NCBI GenBank assembly: GCA_041674765.1
Contig: JBAYVE010000005.1
Coordinates: 1,645 to 65,644, forward strand
Reading direction: 5' to 3'
DNA length: 64,000 bases
From: Patescibacteria group bacterium
GTDB taxonomy: Bacteria > Patescibacteriota > UBA1384 > XYA2-FULL-43-10 > 1-14-0-10-43-13
A program made the translations under genes and the position numbers. The stretch's first letter is position 1. Each line of letters starts with the position of its first letter. The notes beneath the pieces were generated by a model, which saw only the letters and a program-made list of their open reading frames with translations, searched no databases and had not been told where the DNA came from. Positions 49,835-59,797 of this stretch are shown here, in pieces.

Positions 49835-50197
49835 ATGAAAATTTTGAACTTTACTGATCTATTGGTTTGGAAAGAGGGACATTCCCTAGTCCTGGCAATC
49901 TACGAAGCTACTAAGAGTTTTCCTCGTGAAGAAATGTTTGGGCTAACAAGTCAAATCCGTCGAGCTGTCATTTCTATCACCTCTAATATTGCTGAGGGTT
50001 TTGGGCGAAAATCAAAGAAAGAAAAAGTTAATTTTTACAATATATCTTCAGGATCTCTCACTGAAGTTCAAAATCAATTAATGATTGCAAAAGATCTGGG
50101 ATATATCTCATGTTCTCAATTTGACCTTATGCTTAATAAGAGTGTTGGCGTTTACAAGATGTTAAATGGACTGATAAGATCCATTTCGGTCGACTAG
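49835..50197 (+). CDS. four-helix-bundle protein (23S rRNA IVP family)
   Basis: F.DL.VW, FP.EE.FGLTSQIRRA..SI.SNIAEG, GSL.E. Confidence 0.93.
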   Translation: MKILNFTDLLVWKEGHSLVLAIYEATKSFPREEMFGLTSQIRRAVISITSNIAEGFGRKSKKEKVNFYNISSGSLTEVQNQLMIAKDLGYISCSQFDLMLNKSVGVYKMLNGLIRSISVD

Positions 50198-50228
50198 CGG
50201 CTAGCTACAAACTACTAGCTACTAATGA
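50194..50228 (+). repeat. heptamer array (CTAGCTA-like x5), right arm, inverted relative to 49724-49800
   Basis: ctagcgg ctagcta caaacta ctagcta ctaatga. Confidence 0.85.
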
Positions 50229-50250
50229 TGTTTTCTGCTAGGATTTTACT

Positions 50251-51804
50251 ATGAGCAAATACTATATCACTACACCGATCTACTATATTAATGACGTGCC
50301 GCATATCGGGCATGCTTATACTACAATTGCCGCTGATGTCTTGGCCCGGTATTACCGCAAGAAGGGCGACAATGTTTTTTTTCTGACTGGCACTGATGAG
50401 CATGGCGCCAAAATTGCGGAAGCGGCAGAGAAAGCCGGCAAAGAGCCGAAAGCTTTTGTCGATGCATTGGTGCCCAAATTTGAGGAAGCCTGGAAGAATT
50501 TGAACATTTCATATGATCAATTTTTTCGTACCACTAACCCAAAGCATGAGAAATTGGTGCAGGAATTTGTCCAGAAATTGAAGGACAGAGGCTTTGTCGA
50601 GAAAAGATCGTATGAAGGGCTTTACTGCGTTGGCTGCGAGAAATTCTTGAAGGAATCAGAGCTTGTAGAAGGGCTTTGTCCTGATCACAAAAAAGCACCG
50701 GTGAAGCAGAAAGAGGAGAACTTTTTTTTCAAACTATCAGAATTTGCCGAACCGTTATTAAACAAAATCAAATCAAAAGAATTTGAAATAGGCCCGGAAG
50801 CTCGACAAAATGAAGTTCTTGGCAAGATCGAGGTCGGCCTTGAAGACGTTAGTATTTCACGTGCGGCCGTCGAATGGGGAGTTCCTTTTCCAGGCGATGA
50901 GTCACAGACGATTTACGTTTGGATTGATGCGCTTCTAAATTATTACACGGCGACTGAAATATACAGTAAAAAGGAATTGGATCCCCGGGTCATGGCTGCC
51001 GCCTGCTCCGAGGATGACAATAAAGAGGCTCGTGCCTGCTCCGAGGATGACAATAATTCCAATACACCCCCTCTAGCTCCCCCTCGAAAAGGGGGAGAAG
51101 TTCCTGAATGGCCGGCGGATTTGCATCTGATGGCCAAGGATATTCTCTGGTTCCATGCTGTTATTTGGCCGGCAATGCTTTTGGCACTTGATTTGCCATT
51201 GCCGAAGAAGGTTTTTGCTCACGGCTTTTTTACCATCGGCGGTCAGAAGATGAGTAAGACGATCGGTAATGTGCTCGATCCAAACCAGATGGTAGAAAAA
51301 TTCGGCGCCGATGCCGTCCGTTATGCACTTCTTCGGGAATTTCCATTTGGCGAGGATGGAGATATTTCAGAGGAAAAGATAGCTAGCCAGTACAATTCTT
51401 TGGCCAACAATATCGGCAATTTGTTCCAGAGGGTTTTGAGCATGATAGATAGGTATAACGTATTAGGTAGTACGTATTACGCAGAGAACAGGGAAAGCCT
51501 AATACATAATACAAAATACCAAATACCGGTTGATAAGGAACTTATCAATCTTGATTTTATGGGTGCGCTAAAAAAGATTGACGATTATGCGATGGAATTA
51601 AATAAATATATCGCCGAGAAGGCTCCCTGGACGCTGGCAAAAGAAGGCAAGCAGGAAGAATTGAGTGAGGTTTTAGTTACGGCATACGAAAGATTATTCC
51701 CAATCGCCGAAGGATTAGAGTCGTTTATGCCGGATACCGCCAAGAAAATGAAGGATCAATTAAAGTCGCTAAATCCAGAGCCATTATTTCCAAAACAATA
51801 CTAA
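50251..51804 (+). CDS. metG: methionine--tRNA ligase with repeat insertions
   Basis: TTPIYY..PHIGHAY, TGTDEHG, YVWIDAL.NY, KDILWFH, KMSKT. Confidence 0.97.
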   Translation: MSKYYITTPIYYINDVPHIGHAYTTIAADVLARYYRKKGDNVFFLTGTDEHGAKIAEAAEKAGKEPKAFVDALVPKFEEAWKNLNISYDQFFRTTNPKHEKLVQEFVQKLKDRGFVEKRSYEGLYCVGCEKFLKESELVEGLCPDHKKAPVKQKEENFFFKLSEFAEPLLNKIKSKEFEIGPEARQNEVLGKIEVGLEDVSISRAAVEWGVPFPGDESQTIYVWIDALLNYYTATEIYSKKELDPRVMAAACSEDDNKEARACSEDDNNSNTPPLAPPRKGGEVPEWPADLHLMAKDILWFHAVIWPAMLLALDLPLPKKVFAHGFFTIGGQKMSKTIGNVLDPNQMVEKFGADAVRYALLREFPFGEDGDISEEKIASQYNSLANNIGNLFQRVLSMIDRYNVLGSTYYAENRESLIHNTKYQIPVDKELINLDFMGALKKIDDYAMELNKYIAEKAPWTLAKEGKQEELSEVLVTAYERLFPIAEGLESFMPDTAKKMKDQLKSLNPEPLFPKQY

Positions 51805-51822
51805 TTTTTTTAAAGGAGGGAT

Positions 51823-52152
51823 ATGGGTTATAGTAAGAACAAATTTTTTAATTTTCTTATTGTGGTAACAAAGTATGTGGCACCAGCAATATTTGTGTTG
51901 GAAATTATTAGAATGGTTAATGGATTTAATCAATTTGCAGAGTCTTTTTACAAACCCCTGGCTATCGTCACCGCAATTCCAGCATTAGCGGCATTTGGAT
52001 TATCAACAATCTTTTTGTGGAAAATAAAAAAACCAACTAATTTTAAAAATTTTTTATTAGCTGTCATATTTTTGCTTGTCTATGGTTATATACTTTTTGC
52101 TCTTTTAGATCTCAGTAATTTCATCAAGTATTATTTAGGTATCGGAAACTAA
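51823..52152 (+). CDS. hypothetical membrane protein
   Basis: AAGGAGG RBS, three hydrophobic segments. Confidence 0.7.
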   Translation: MGYSKNKFFNFLIVVTKYVAPAIFVLEIIRMVNGFNQFAESFYKPLAIVTAIPALAAFGLSTIFLWKIKKPTNFKNFLLAVIFLLVYGYILFALLDLSNFIKYYLGIGN

Positions 52153-52153
52153 C

Positions 52154-52993
52154 ATGTTTGCGGCTTTTATATCAGCAATTAGTAGCGCCAGCAACGATGT
52201 AATGTTAAAGACATTGCTCGGCAAATGGAAAGTACCGCTAAAGCAGTATTTACCTGGCATTTTTATATTACTGGCAATCTGTATGCTCGCGATCTCTCCT
52301 TTCGGGTTTCAATTTGACGGGGAGAAAGCGTTTACGCTCAAATTTATCCTATTCTTTGCCGGAATGATCGGAACTGCTGTCATCTGGAATACATTGATTG
52401 CCAAAAGTCTGCAAAAGGAAGCACTTCATGAATACGAACTGATTATCCTGATGGCCCCTCTAATCACGATGCTGATGGCGGGAATTCTTTTCCCCGAGGA
52501 GCGGGAATCGAAGGCTTTTATTGCCGGTGTTGTGGCCTCCGTCGCCTTGGCAGTATCGAGAATCAGAAAACATCATCTGGTTTTTTCTACGAGTGCCAAA
52601 GGTACTTTATTAGCTGTCTTTTTTATGGGAGTCGAGTCAATCTTTGTGAAGGAACTTCTCGTCGTTTTCTCGCCAGTCTTGCTAAACTGCGCTAGAGTCA
52701 TAGTCATTGCCATAGTTTTTTTGTACATTTATAAGCCATCTTTCAAAAATATCGCGCCGAAAAATGTTGGGTTGATGGCGGTTTCAGCTGTGTTCGGGGC
52801 GATGATTATGGTTGCCAAATTTACTGCTTTTAAGCAGATCGGCGTAGTTCAAACGACTTTGATTTTATTGCTCGGACCGGTTTTAACTTATGCTGCCTCT
52901 TATTTTTATTTTAAAGAAAAAAAGAATTTTATGAGGGATGCTTTGGCGGCAGCGGTAGTGATCATCGCCATCGCTTATGTTAATATAATATAG
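52154..52993 (+). CDS. EamA/DMT-family transporter
   Basis: about 10 TM segments in two repeats ending LF..E and F.KE. Confidence 0.75.
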   Translation: MFAAFISAISSASNDVMLKTLLGKWKVPLKQYLPGIFILLAICMLAISPFGFQFDGEKAFTLKFILFFAGMIGTAVIWNTLIAKSLQKEALHEYELIILMAPLITMLMAGILFPEERESKAFIAGVVASVALAVSRIRKHHLVFSTSAKGTLLAVFFMGVESIFVKELLVVFSPVLLNCARVIVIAIVFLYIYKPSFKNIAPKNVGLMAVSAVFGAMIMVAKFTAFKQIGVVQTTLILLLGPVLTYAASYFYFKEKKNFMRDALAAAVVIIAIAYVNII

Positions 52994-53077
52994 CTCAAAG
53001 CAAAAAGCTAAAAGCGCAAAGTAAATGCAATTTTCTTTCGGCTTTTGACTTTAAGCTTTAAACTTTTGGCTAATGTA

Positions 53078-53866
53078 ATGTTTATCGACACTCACGCACA
53101 TTTAGATTTTCCTGAATTCAAGACCGAAGTTCCGGCTGTGCTTGGACGTGCCAAAGAAGCAGGGGTCGAGCGGATTATCAATGTCGGAGTCGATACAGAG
53201 AGTTCAAAACATTCTGTTGATCTAGCCAGGAAATACCCGGAGGTCTATGCCACTGTCGGCATTCACCCTCACTGCGCCAAGGAACTTGATATAGAGACTA
53301 GGGGAAAACTGTTCACCTTCGCCAATCATGAGAAGGTGATTGCGGTCGGTGAGATAGGATTGGATTACTATTATCTAAAAAGATCATCAAAATATGCCCA
53401 CTACCCTACGAGAGAGGAGCAGATTTTCTGTTTCGAGCAAATGCTTGATTTTGCTCTCGAAACGAACCTGCCAGCCATAATTCACGCCAGAGAGGCTTCG
53501 GCTGATATGCTGGGGATTTTGAAATCATATCATGGTCAACTTAGGGCAGTTCTGCACTGTTTCGCCGGAAATTGGGATTACGCTGAAAAACTGCTTGATT
53601 TGGGCTTTTCTCTCTCATTCACTGGCAACATCACCTTCAAAAACAACCCTGATATTGAGGAAGTGATCCGTAAAATGCCATTAGCTTCGATCATGATTGA
53701 AACTGATTGCCCCTATCTTTCACCTGAGCCATATCGCGGTAAGCGTAACGAGCCTGCTTACGTGGTCGAGGTAGCCAGGAAGATCGCTCAGATCAAAAAA
53801 ATCAGCCTCTCGGAAGTCGAGGCTGAAACCACTAAAAAAGCGATGAAATTTTTCGGGCTCAAATAA
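53078..53866 (+). CDS. tatD: TatD-family hydrolase
   Basis: DTHAHL, GIHPH, GEIGLDY, HCF, ETDCPYL. Confidence 0.96.
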   Translation: MFIDTHAHLDFPEFKTEVPAVLGRAKEAGVERIINVGVDTESSKHSVDLARKYPEVYATVGIHPHCAKELDIETRGKLFTFANHEKVIAVGEIGLDYYYLKRSSKYAHYPTREEQIFCFEQMLDFALETNLPAIIHAREASADMLGILKSYHGQLRAVLHCFAGNWDYAEKLLDLGFSLSFTGNITFKNNPDIEEVIRKMPLASIMIETDCPYLSPEPYRGKRNEPAYVVEVARKIAQIKKISLSEVEAETTKKAMKFFGLK

Positions 53867-53984
53867 TTTTGGGATCTTAAGTTTCTAATTCAATAAAATG
53901 ATTATTCTTGGGACCCCTCGATGCTTCGAGGTCGGAGAAGTTCTCCACCCGCAAGAACACGGAGTCGAACAATAATTTTTTCTG

Positions 53985-54542
53985 TTACCGGACGATTACA
54001 GCATAATTATTGCCTGCAGCAGGAGCGTCGTTACATTGAGTTTTAGCTTCAGTGTAAGTAGCGATGTCGGAAGCAGATGGCTTTTCAAGTTGAGCGTAAA
54101 TGACACCTCCATCAACGAAATTTATGTTACCAGAGAAATGACATTGATAAACCATATACTGTGGGCGTTCGCTCAATGCAATACCGTTCTCAACTTTTAA
54201 TTTTGGATCCTTCGGCTCCGTGCTCAAATACCCCTTTTCAACCAAAAACTTGGCGATGGATTTTGGATATGAGACGGCGTCTTTTGCGTTGAAATATCCC
54301 TCGCCGGTACCAAGATACCCAGACCCTGTAAGAATCCAACTCTTTTCGTTTTGATGATACATAGTCAGGGCGATAGAGATGCTCTCCAAATCGGCCTTTC
54401 TCCTGCTATCTCTGGCGGCTGTGCTCACTCTATCATAGCCCACGATCGAAATTGAAGCCAAGATGCCGATGACGGTGATAACGATTAATATCTCAATCAG
54501 TGTAAAACCCTTCGATACCCTCAGGGCAAATCCTTTTTTCAT
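53985..54542 (-). CDS. type IV pilin/GspG-like protein
   Basis: GFTLIEILIVITVIGILASI, ARDSRRKADL, PKDP. Confidence 0.92.
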   Translation of the reverse strand: MKKGFALRVSKGFTLIEILIVITVIGILASISIVGYDRVSTAARDSRRKADLESISIALTMYHQNEKSWILTGSGYLGTGEGYFNAKDAVSYPKSIAKFLVEKGYLSTEPKDPKLKVENGIALSERPQYMVYQCHFSGNINFVDGGVIYAQLEKPSASDIATYTEAKTQCNDAPAAGNNYAVIVR

Positions 54543-54620
54543 ATTCCTCCTAGAGCAATTATTTGCTTTTCTATTATAACACCTTCTAGTCCCAAAAAAG
54601 CAATAAGGCTCCTTTTTGTA

Positions 54621-55358
54621 TTGACAAAACTAATGCAAAAACTAGTCTATGGTCGAGCCTTCCTGGCGTTGTCGGTTATTCTTTGCTTTGTCTTCATCTG
54701 TCTTATCGGCAGTGGATGCAACAAGAATACCCGCAGCAATCAGGCGGCGACGACCGAGGCCAGGGACATTACTCTCCTGGTCTACGTCGACAGAAGCGAA
54801 TCGATCATGAGCTACCCCGGTGGCTTGGATGCGATCCGCAATGATTACAAGAGCATAGCTCAGGGATTTTTGAAGCCGATCTTGCAACGGCGTGACGGAG
54901 TCATCGTTGAAGCAAGAGCCTTCGTATGCGAAGATGTGATACTCTTCGACAAGAAGGTTGACAAGTGGGAGCAGATCCGGAAATCGATAAATGATGAGAT
55001 CGATAAGGATCCGTATCCTGCCGGAGAGGTGTCGAAGACGCTTTTCTCCAACTTGTTGGTAAGACTTCAGAAGGAATGCAAGCAGCGTTCTAGCCAGGAC
55101 GTCTATGTGTTAGTTCTTACAGACGGCCATCCGGATGAGCCCTTCAAGGCTATCAGTGATGCAGCCAAGGAACTCGCTAAAGACGACACTGGTAATCTGA
55201 AAGCGCTGGTTGTAGCGCCAGTCGCGGCGGATATGAAACGCCGGTGGCGGGAAAACTTGATTGAGGCTCTATCACCCATTAGTTGTTCCACGGTAGCGAA
55301 CGCGGAAGATTTCCGAACTGCAGTGGACAACGCGACAAAGACCCTGGAAGGAGAGTAG
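54621..55358 (+). CDS. VWA-domain lipoprotein (true start probably later)
   Basis: LIGSGC lipobox-like site, DRSES MIDAS motif, LTDG. Confidence 0.75.
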   Translation: MTKLMQKLVYGRAFLALSVILCFVFICLIGSGCNKNTRSNQAATTEARDITLLVYVDRSESIMSYPGGLDAIRNDYKSIAQGFLKPILQRRDGVIVEARAFVCEDVILFDKKVDKWEQIRKSINDEIDKDPYPAGEVSKTLFSNLLVRLQKECKQRSSQDVYVLVLTDGHPDEPFKAISDAAKELAKDDTGNLKALVVAPVAADMKRRWRENLIEALSPISCSTVANAEDFRTAVDNATKTLEGE

Positions 55359-55359
55359 C

Positions 55360-56901
55360 ATGTTGAATATTCTGACTACACTGGTGCCGGGCGTTAAGAG
55401 AACCTGGACCATCATAAATCAGTCTGACGTTGAAAATCGGATTGCCGAGCTTAGACGTTCGATTGAAGAGGGTCATGAGGCTGAATTGAATGCATATCGT
55501 CAGCGGGAGCCCGAAAAAACCGCTGATGTCGCCTCAATCCTCGGGTGGGAAAACGAAGGCCGATTAATGGCCACCACCCATCGCGATGAATTGATCGCAT
55601 TCGAGAGTCAATGGCAGGATCTGCTAGGCAAAGTCGGACGGCTAAATGGCCTGTTCGGCGATTATGGCACTGCCTATGCAAGGCTCGTTACCGCGATTGA
55701 CGATGCACGGACAAGCGCAGACACCGAGCTCCAGCCACTCATACAGGAACAAAATGAGCTGGATACACTCAAAGCTTGCGTGATCGAGGGCTGGGAGAAA
55801 ATAAACCAGCAACTCAACGGACTTGGGGTCTGTGGCCTAAGCGATCGATTTGACGGTTGGGAGTCACTGGCTCGGAAAGCCTTCCTGCGGGAAGCCTGTC
55901 AGGCCAGGAGAATTGACCCTGACAATCGTCCGCAAGTGCCGGAACAGCCGGCAACGCCGGTACCGCCCACGCCGACAACATCAAGAACGATCGTCGAAAA
56001 ATCGTTCGGTATCCACGATCTGGCGATGCTGGTTGGCGGACTGGCCTTTGGTTCGTCGATCGGTGCTGCAATCGGCGGGATCAGTTTTGACAGTGATGGG
56101 TGGCATTTTTCCCTCATCTTCTGGATAATGCTGGCCGTTGCCACGCTGGCCGTGTATACGGTGGGAAGAATGGTTTTCCCGCGCTTGTCGATAGTTCGTC
56201 AGCTTGATAGTATCGATTGCTATCCATATCTGCCAGTAACAAATGAAACCATGCTGGCAAAGGAGACGAGGGAAAAGAATGCCAGACTCGCGCTCTATGG
56301 AATTATCGCGATCTTCGCTATTCTTTGCCTGGCTGACTTTTATGGCTGGTGGCGGGCTGTTACAGAGCAAAACGCCGCTTATAGTGGTGATAACGGAGCG
56401 GTGTTTCTGAACCCTATCTGGGCCGGGCTCGCGGTGATGTTCATCACCTCTCTAATGGCATTCGTGAAGCTGGCTGGGGTTACCGCTCTTGTCAATGCAC
56501 AACGTTATCTTCTCATGGATGAGATAACGAAGAATGCGATCGAATACAGCGACGAAGCGCGAAAGTTCAAGGCTCTCGATGAGGCATTCATACAAGCACA
56601 GGTAACAGCGAAGGAATACGATGATAAATTCGTCGAAGCTGAGGCCAATGCTGATCTTCGCTTCCGTCGGGAGATGGCTGATCTATCTCAGCAGATCGAT
56701 CGTTATCGCAAGCTAGCCGAGGGGTATGAAACCCAGGCAGACAATGGATTGCGGGAGCGGATTCAGCAGATCATCAACGCAGCGCTTTTGAGCGTTCAAC
56801 CGGAGCGGACTACACTGGCGGCGATCGAGTTTAAGATCGATGACATTTATCAAAAGACCGGCAGCCTGATGGTCGCCGAGTCTGACGCGCAGATTGTCTA
56901 A
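55360..56901 (+). CDS. membrane protein with coiled coils
   Basis: four central TM segments; coupled to the VWA gene; terminator 56919-56962. Confidence 0.75.
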   Translation: MLNILTTLVPGVKRTWTIINQSDVENRIAELRRSIEEGHEAELNAYRQREPEKTADVASILGWENEGRLMATTHRDELIAFESQWQDLLGKVGRLNGLFGDYGTAYARLVTAIDDARTSADTELQPLIQEQNELDTLKACVIEGWEKINQQLNGLGVCGLSDRFDGWESLARKAFLREACQARRIDPDNRPQVPEQPATPVPPTPTTSRTIVEKSFGIHDLAMLVGGLAFGSSIGAAIGGISFDSDGWHFSLIFWIMLAVATLAVYTVGRMVFPRLSIVRQLDSIDCYPYLPVTNETMLAKETREKNARLALYGIIAIFAILCLADFYGWWRAVTEQNAAYSGDNGAVFLNPIWAGLAVMFITSLMAFVKLAGVTALVNAQRYLLMDEITKNAIEYSDEARKFKALDEAFIQAQVTAKEYDDKFVEAEANADLRFRREMADLSQQIDRYRKLAEGYETQADNGLRERIQQIINAALLSVQPERTTLAAIEFKIDDIYQKTGSLMVAESDAQIV

Positions 56902-57084
56902 CGCGTCTGGACCAACCGAGGCCCTACTCCAGGAGTCATTCTGGAGCGGGGCTTTTTTTATTATCTTACAGTACTTGTAATGTAAGACTTTTTTTGTTAA
57001 TATCAGTACTAACGATGGCGAATGGGTTTGCAGATTAATAAACCACCCCTAGCCCCTCCTTGAAAAGGAGGGGAAGTAAAGGAA

Positions 57085-57297
57085 ATGATGAAAAAGATTA
57101 CTACCAACAAATTGCAAGATGGACTTTCAAAGGTTATCAAGGAAGTTGAGACAGGAGAAGTTTATGAAGTCAGCCGCTATTCCAAGGCGGTGGCTTATCT
57201 TGTTTCCAAAGAGCAATTTGAAAAACTGATTTCCGGTAGCGAGTGCAAAGAGTGTATGAATGATTTGCGGAAAATTGCAGAAAAACTCAAAAGGTAA
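57085..57297 (+). CDS. Phd/YefM-like antitoxin
   Basis: LSKVIKEV..GE...VSRYSKAVA.LV. Confidence 0.7.
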   Translation: MMKKITTNKLQDGLSKVIKEVETGEVYEVSRYSKAVAYLVSKEQFEKLISGSECKECMNDLRKIAEKLKR

Positions 57298-57318
57298 AAC
57301 GAAAAAGGAAAAACTACA

Positions 57319-57669
57319 ATGGAAAACGAAAAAGTTTACGATTTGAGAAAACGCTCATTTAATTTTTCTTTAGATATTATTGAATTCTTGAAATCTCTTC
57401 CAAATAATTATATTGATCAAGTCCTTTGTAAACAGCTTTTGCGTTGTGCAACAAGTATTGGGGCGAACATAATCGAAGCACAGGCAGCTCCAAGTAAAAA
57501 AGATTTCGCTAACTTTTATAACATTTCACTCAAATCAGCGAACGAGACAAAATATTGGCTGATGCTTATTGAAGAAAGTTCCATTGCTGATACGAGTCTA
57601 TTTTTAGTAGAAGCAGAGGAATTAGCCAAGATTTTAGCAAAAAGCTTATTAACAATGAGGGGAAAATAG
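57319..57669 (+). CDS. four-helix-bundle protein (23S rRNA IVP family)
   Basis: L..R...F, QLLRCATSIGANI.EA..A.SKKDF, KSANETKYWL. Confidence 0.92.
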   Translation: MENEKVYDLRKRSFNFSLDIIEFLKSLPNNYIDQVLCKQLLRCATSIGANIIEAQAAPSKKDFANFYNISLKSANETKYWLMLIEESSIADTSLFLVEAEELAKILAKSLLTMRGK

Positions 57670-57719
57670 TTTTTAATTATTACTTGTGGTTCTTCGTTAT
57701 TATTTTTTAGTTTTGACTT

Positions 57720-59120
57720 ATGAATAGGATTTATTTAGACAATGCAGCGACAACTAAGCCGGCGCCGGAAGTAATTGAGTTTATGGCGAAGGCCCAAGAA
57801 AAATATTGGGGCAATCCCTCCTCAATCCACACTTTTGGCCAGGAGGCTCGGAGAGTGGTTGACGATGCGAGAAGGCTCGTTAGCTTTTTCATTGGCTGCG
57901 AGCAGGAAGAGGTTATTTTTACATCAGGCGGAAGTGAGAGCGACAACCTGGCGATACGAGGCATCATTAGTTCTGTCATTCCAGCCCCCGATCAGGTCGA
58001 GGGTAAAACTCCGGCTGGAATCCAGACAAATAAGGAATTGGATTCCGGATCTCAAGCTACAGTCCGGAATGACACTATTTTAAAGCCGCATGTAATCACT
58101 TCCGCAGTCGAACATCATGCGGTGCTACATACAGTGCAGGAACTTGAAAAAGAGGGGAAGATCGAGGCTACTTATATCAAACCAGATGGCGAAGGATTGA
58201 TTACCCCAGAAATGGTGAAAGCTGCGATTCGAGACAACACAATATTGGTTTCCATCATTTATGTTAATAACGAAACTGGTGTTGTAACCCCTATTCGCGA
58301 GATTGGATTGATGCTGGAAGTTGAGAACAACAAGAGGTTAACAATAAACCCCACCCAACCTCCCCTTGAAAAGGGGCGGAGTAAAAGGATCTATTTCCAT
58401 ACCGATGCGGTGCAGGCGGCGGAATTCTTCGAGATTTCACCTGAATATTTGAAGGTAGATTTACTTTCTCTGACTGCTCATAAATTTCATGGACCTAGAG
58501 GAATCGGTGTTCTATATGTCAAGAAAGGGACTCCAGTCAAAGCGCAAATTACCGGTGGCGATCATGAATTTCGACTGCGAGCCGGGACGGAAAATACGCC
58601 GGCCATTGCAGGCCTCGCTAAAGCAGTTGATCTGATTTTGAAAGAACGAGATAATTCTATTAATACACCCCCTCTAAATCCCCCTCGAAAAGGGGGAGAA
58701 TATAAGGAGAACGGGGCGTTGCCAGAATTGATTATTTCAAATGAATGTTTGCGGCTATCAAATTTGCGGGACAAACTGATTCAAGGCATTGTTGAGCAAA
58801 TTCCTGATGCTTATTTAAATGGCAGTGAAATCAGACGAAGCCCTAATATTGTAAATATTAGTTTCTTCAATGCTGAAGGCGAGGCAATCGTCTTGAACCT
58901 AGATTTCATGGGTATTGCAGTTAGCTCTGGCTCGGCTTGCACCTCGAGATCTCTGGACCCCAGTCACGTTTTGTCAGCGATGGGCATTCCGCCGGAAAAG
59001 GCCCACGGCTCGATCCGTTTTTCGCTCAGCCGTGAGACAACAGAGGAAGAAATTGACAAAGTGCTGGAAGTGTTACCGGGAATCATCGATAAACTGCGAT
59101 TGATGTCGCCGTTTAACTAA
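57720..59120 (+). CDS. iscS: cysteine desulfurase with three repeat insertions
   Basis: YLDNAATT, GNPSS, TSGGSES, HTDAVQA, AHKFHGP, SSGSAC. Confidence 0.96.
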   Translation: MNRIYLDNAATTKPAPEVIEFMAKAQEKYWGNPSSIHTFGQEARRVVDDARRLVSFFIGCEQEEVIFTSGGSESDNLAIRGIISSVIPAPDQVEGKTPAGIQTNKELDSGSQATVRNDTILKPHVITSAVEHHAVLHTVQELEKEGKIEATYIKPDGEGLITPEMVKAAIRDNTILVSIIYVNNETGVVTPIREIGLMLEVENNKRLTINPTQPPLEKGRSKRIYFHTDAVQAAEFFEISPEYLKVDLLSLTAHKFHGPRGIGVLYVKKGTPVKAQITGGDHEFRLRAGTENTPAIAGLAKAVDLILKERDNSINTPPLNPPRKGGEYKENGALPELIISNECLRLSNLRDKLIQGIVEQIPDAYLNGSEIRRSPNIVNISFFNAEGEAIVLNLDFMGIAVSSGSACTSRSLDPSHVLSAMGIPPEKAHGSIRFSLSRETTEEEIDKVLEVLPGIIDKLRLMSPFN

Positions 59121-59228
59121 ATTTCTAATTATTAATTTCTAATTTCTAATCAAATCCTAATGTCAATTCTCAAATGTTAAAAATTAGAGTTTTAAAATTG
59201 AATAAAAATTAAATAACAAATAAAAATT

Positions 59229-59708
59229 ATGAATGGATATACAAAAGAAGTGATGGATCATTTTATGAATCCTCGCAATATCGGGGAGATTGAAAATGCC
59301 GACGGGATCGGCGAAGTCGGTAATATGAAATGCGGCGATGTGATGTACGTTTATATTAAAATTGGTCGTCGGCCAATTTTAAGTCAAAAGTCAAAAGTCA
59401 AAAGTCAAAATGGCGGTAGCCTCTCCGAGGCTGGTCAAAAAGAGATAGGAAACTTACAAGAAGAATTTATTGAGGATATTAAATTCAAGACGCTCGGTTG
59501 CGCGGCGGCGATCGCTTCTTCCTCGATGATGACAGAGCTGGCCAAGGGTAAAAGTCTAGAGGAGGCGAAATTAATTTCCAGAGATGATATAAATGAAGCA
59601 TTGGGAATTTTGCCTCAGCAAAAATATCATTGTTCGATCCTGTCGGCAGAGGGAATACAGAAGGCAATAACTAACTTTGAGAATAACAAAAAAACAAAAA
59701 TCAAATAA
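59229..59708 (+). CDS. iscU: Fe-S scaffold, IscU/NifU family
   Basis: DHFMNPRN.G, CGD, GCAAAIAS, K.HCS.L. Confidence 0.92.
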   Translation: MNGYTKEVMDHFMNPRNIGEIENADGIGEVGNMKCGDVMYVYIKIGRRPILSQKSKVKSQNGGSLSEAGQKEIGNLQEEFIEDIKFKTLGCAAAIASSSMMTELAKGKSLEEAKLISRDDINEALGILPQQKYHCSILSAEGIQKAITNFENNKKTKIK

Positions 59709-59797
59709 CAAATAATTTACAAAATTCAAATTCCAGTTGTTTGGTATTTAGAATTTGAGATTTATTTGAAGTTTGGTGCTTGATATTTGGAGTTTAA

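Noticed and set aside
49835-57669. Diversity-generating retroelement suggested by Avd-like proteins
   Set aside because: No reverse transcriptase and no TR/VR pair with adenine-specific differences seen in the window
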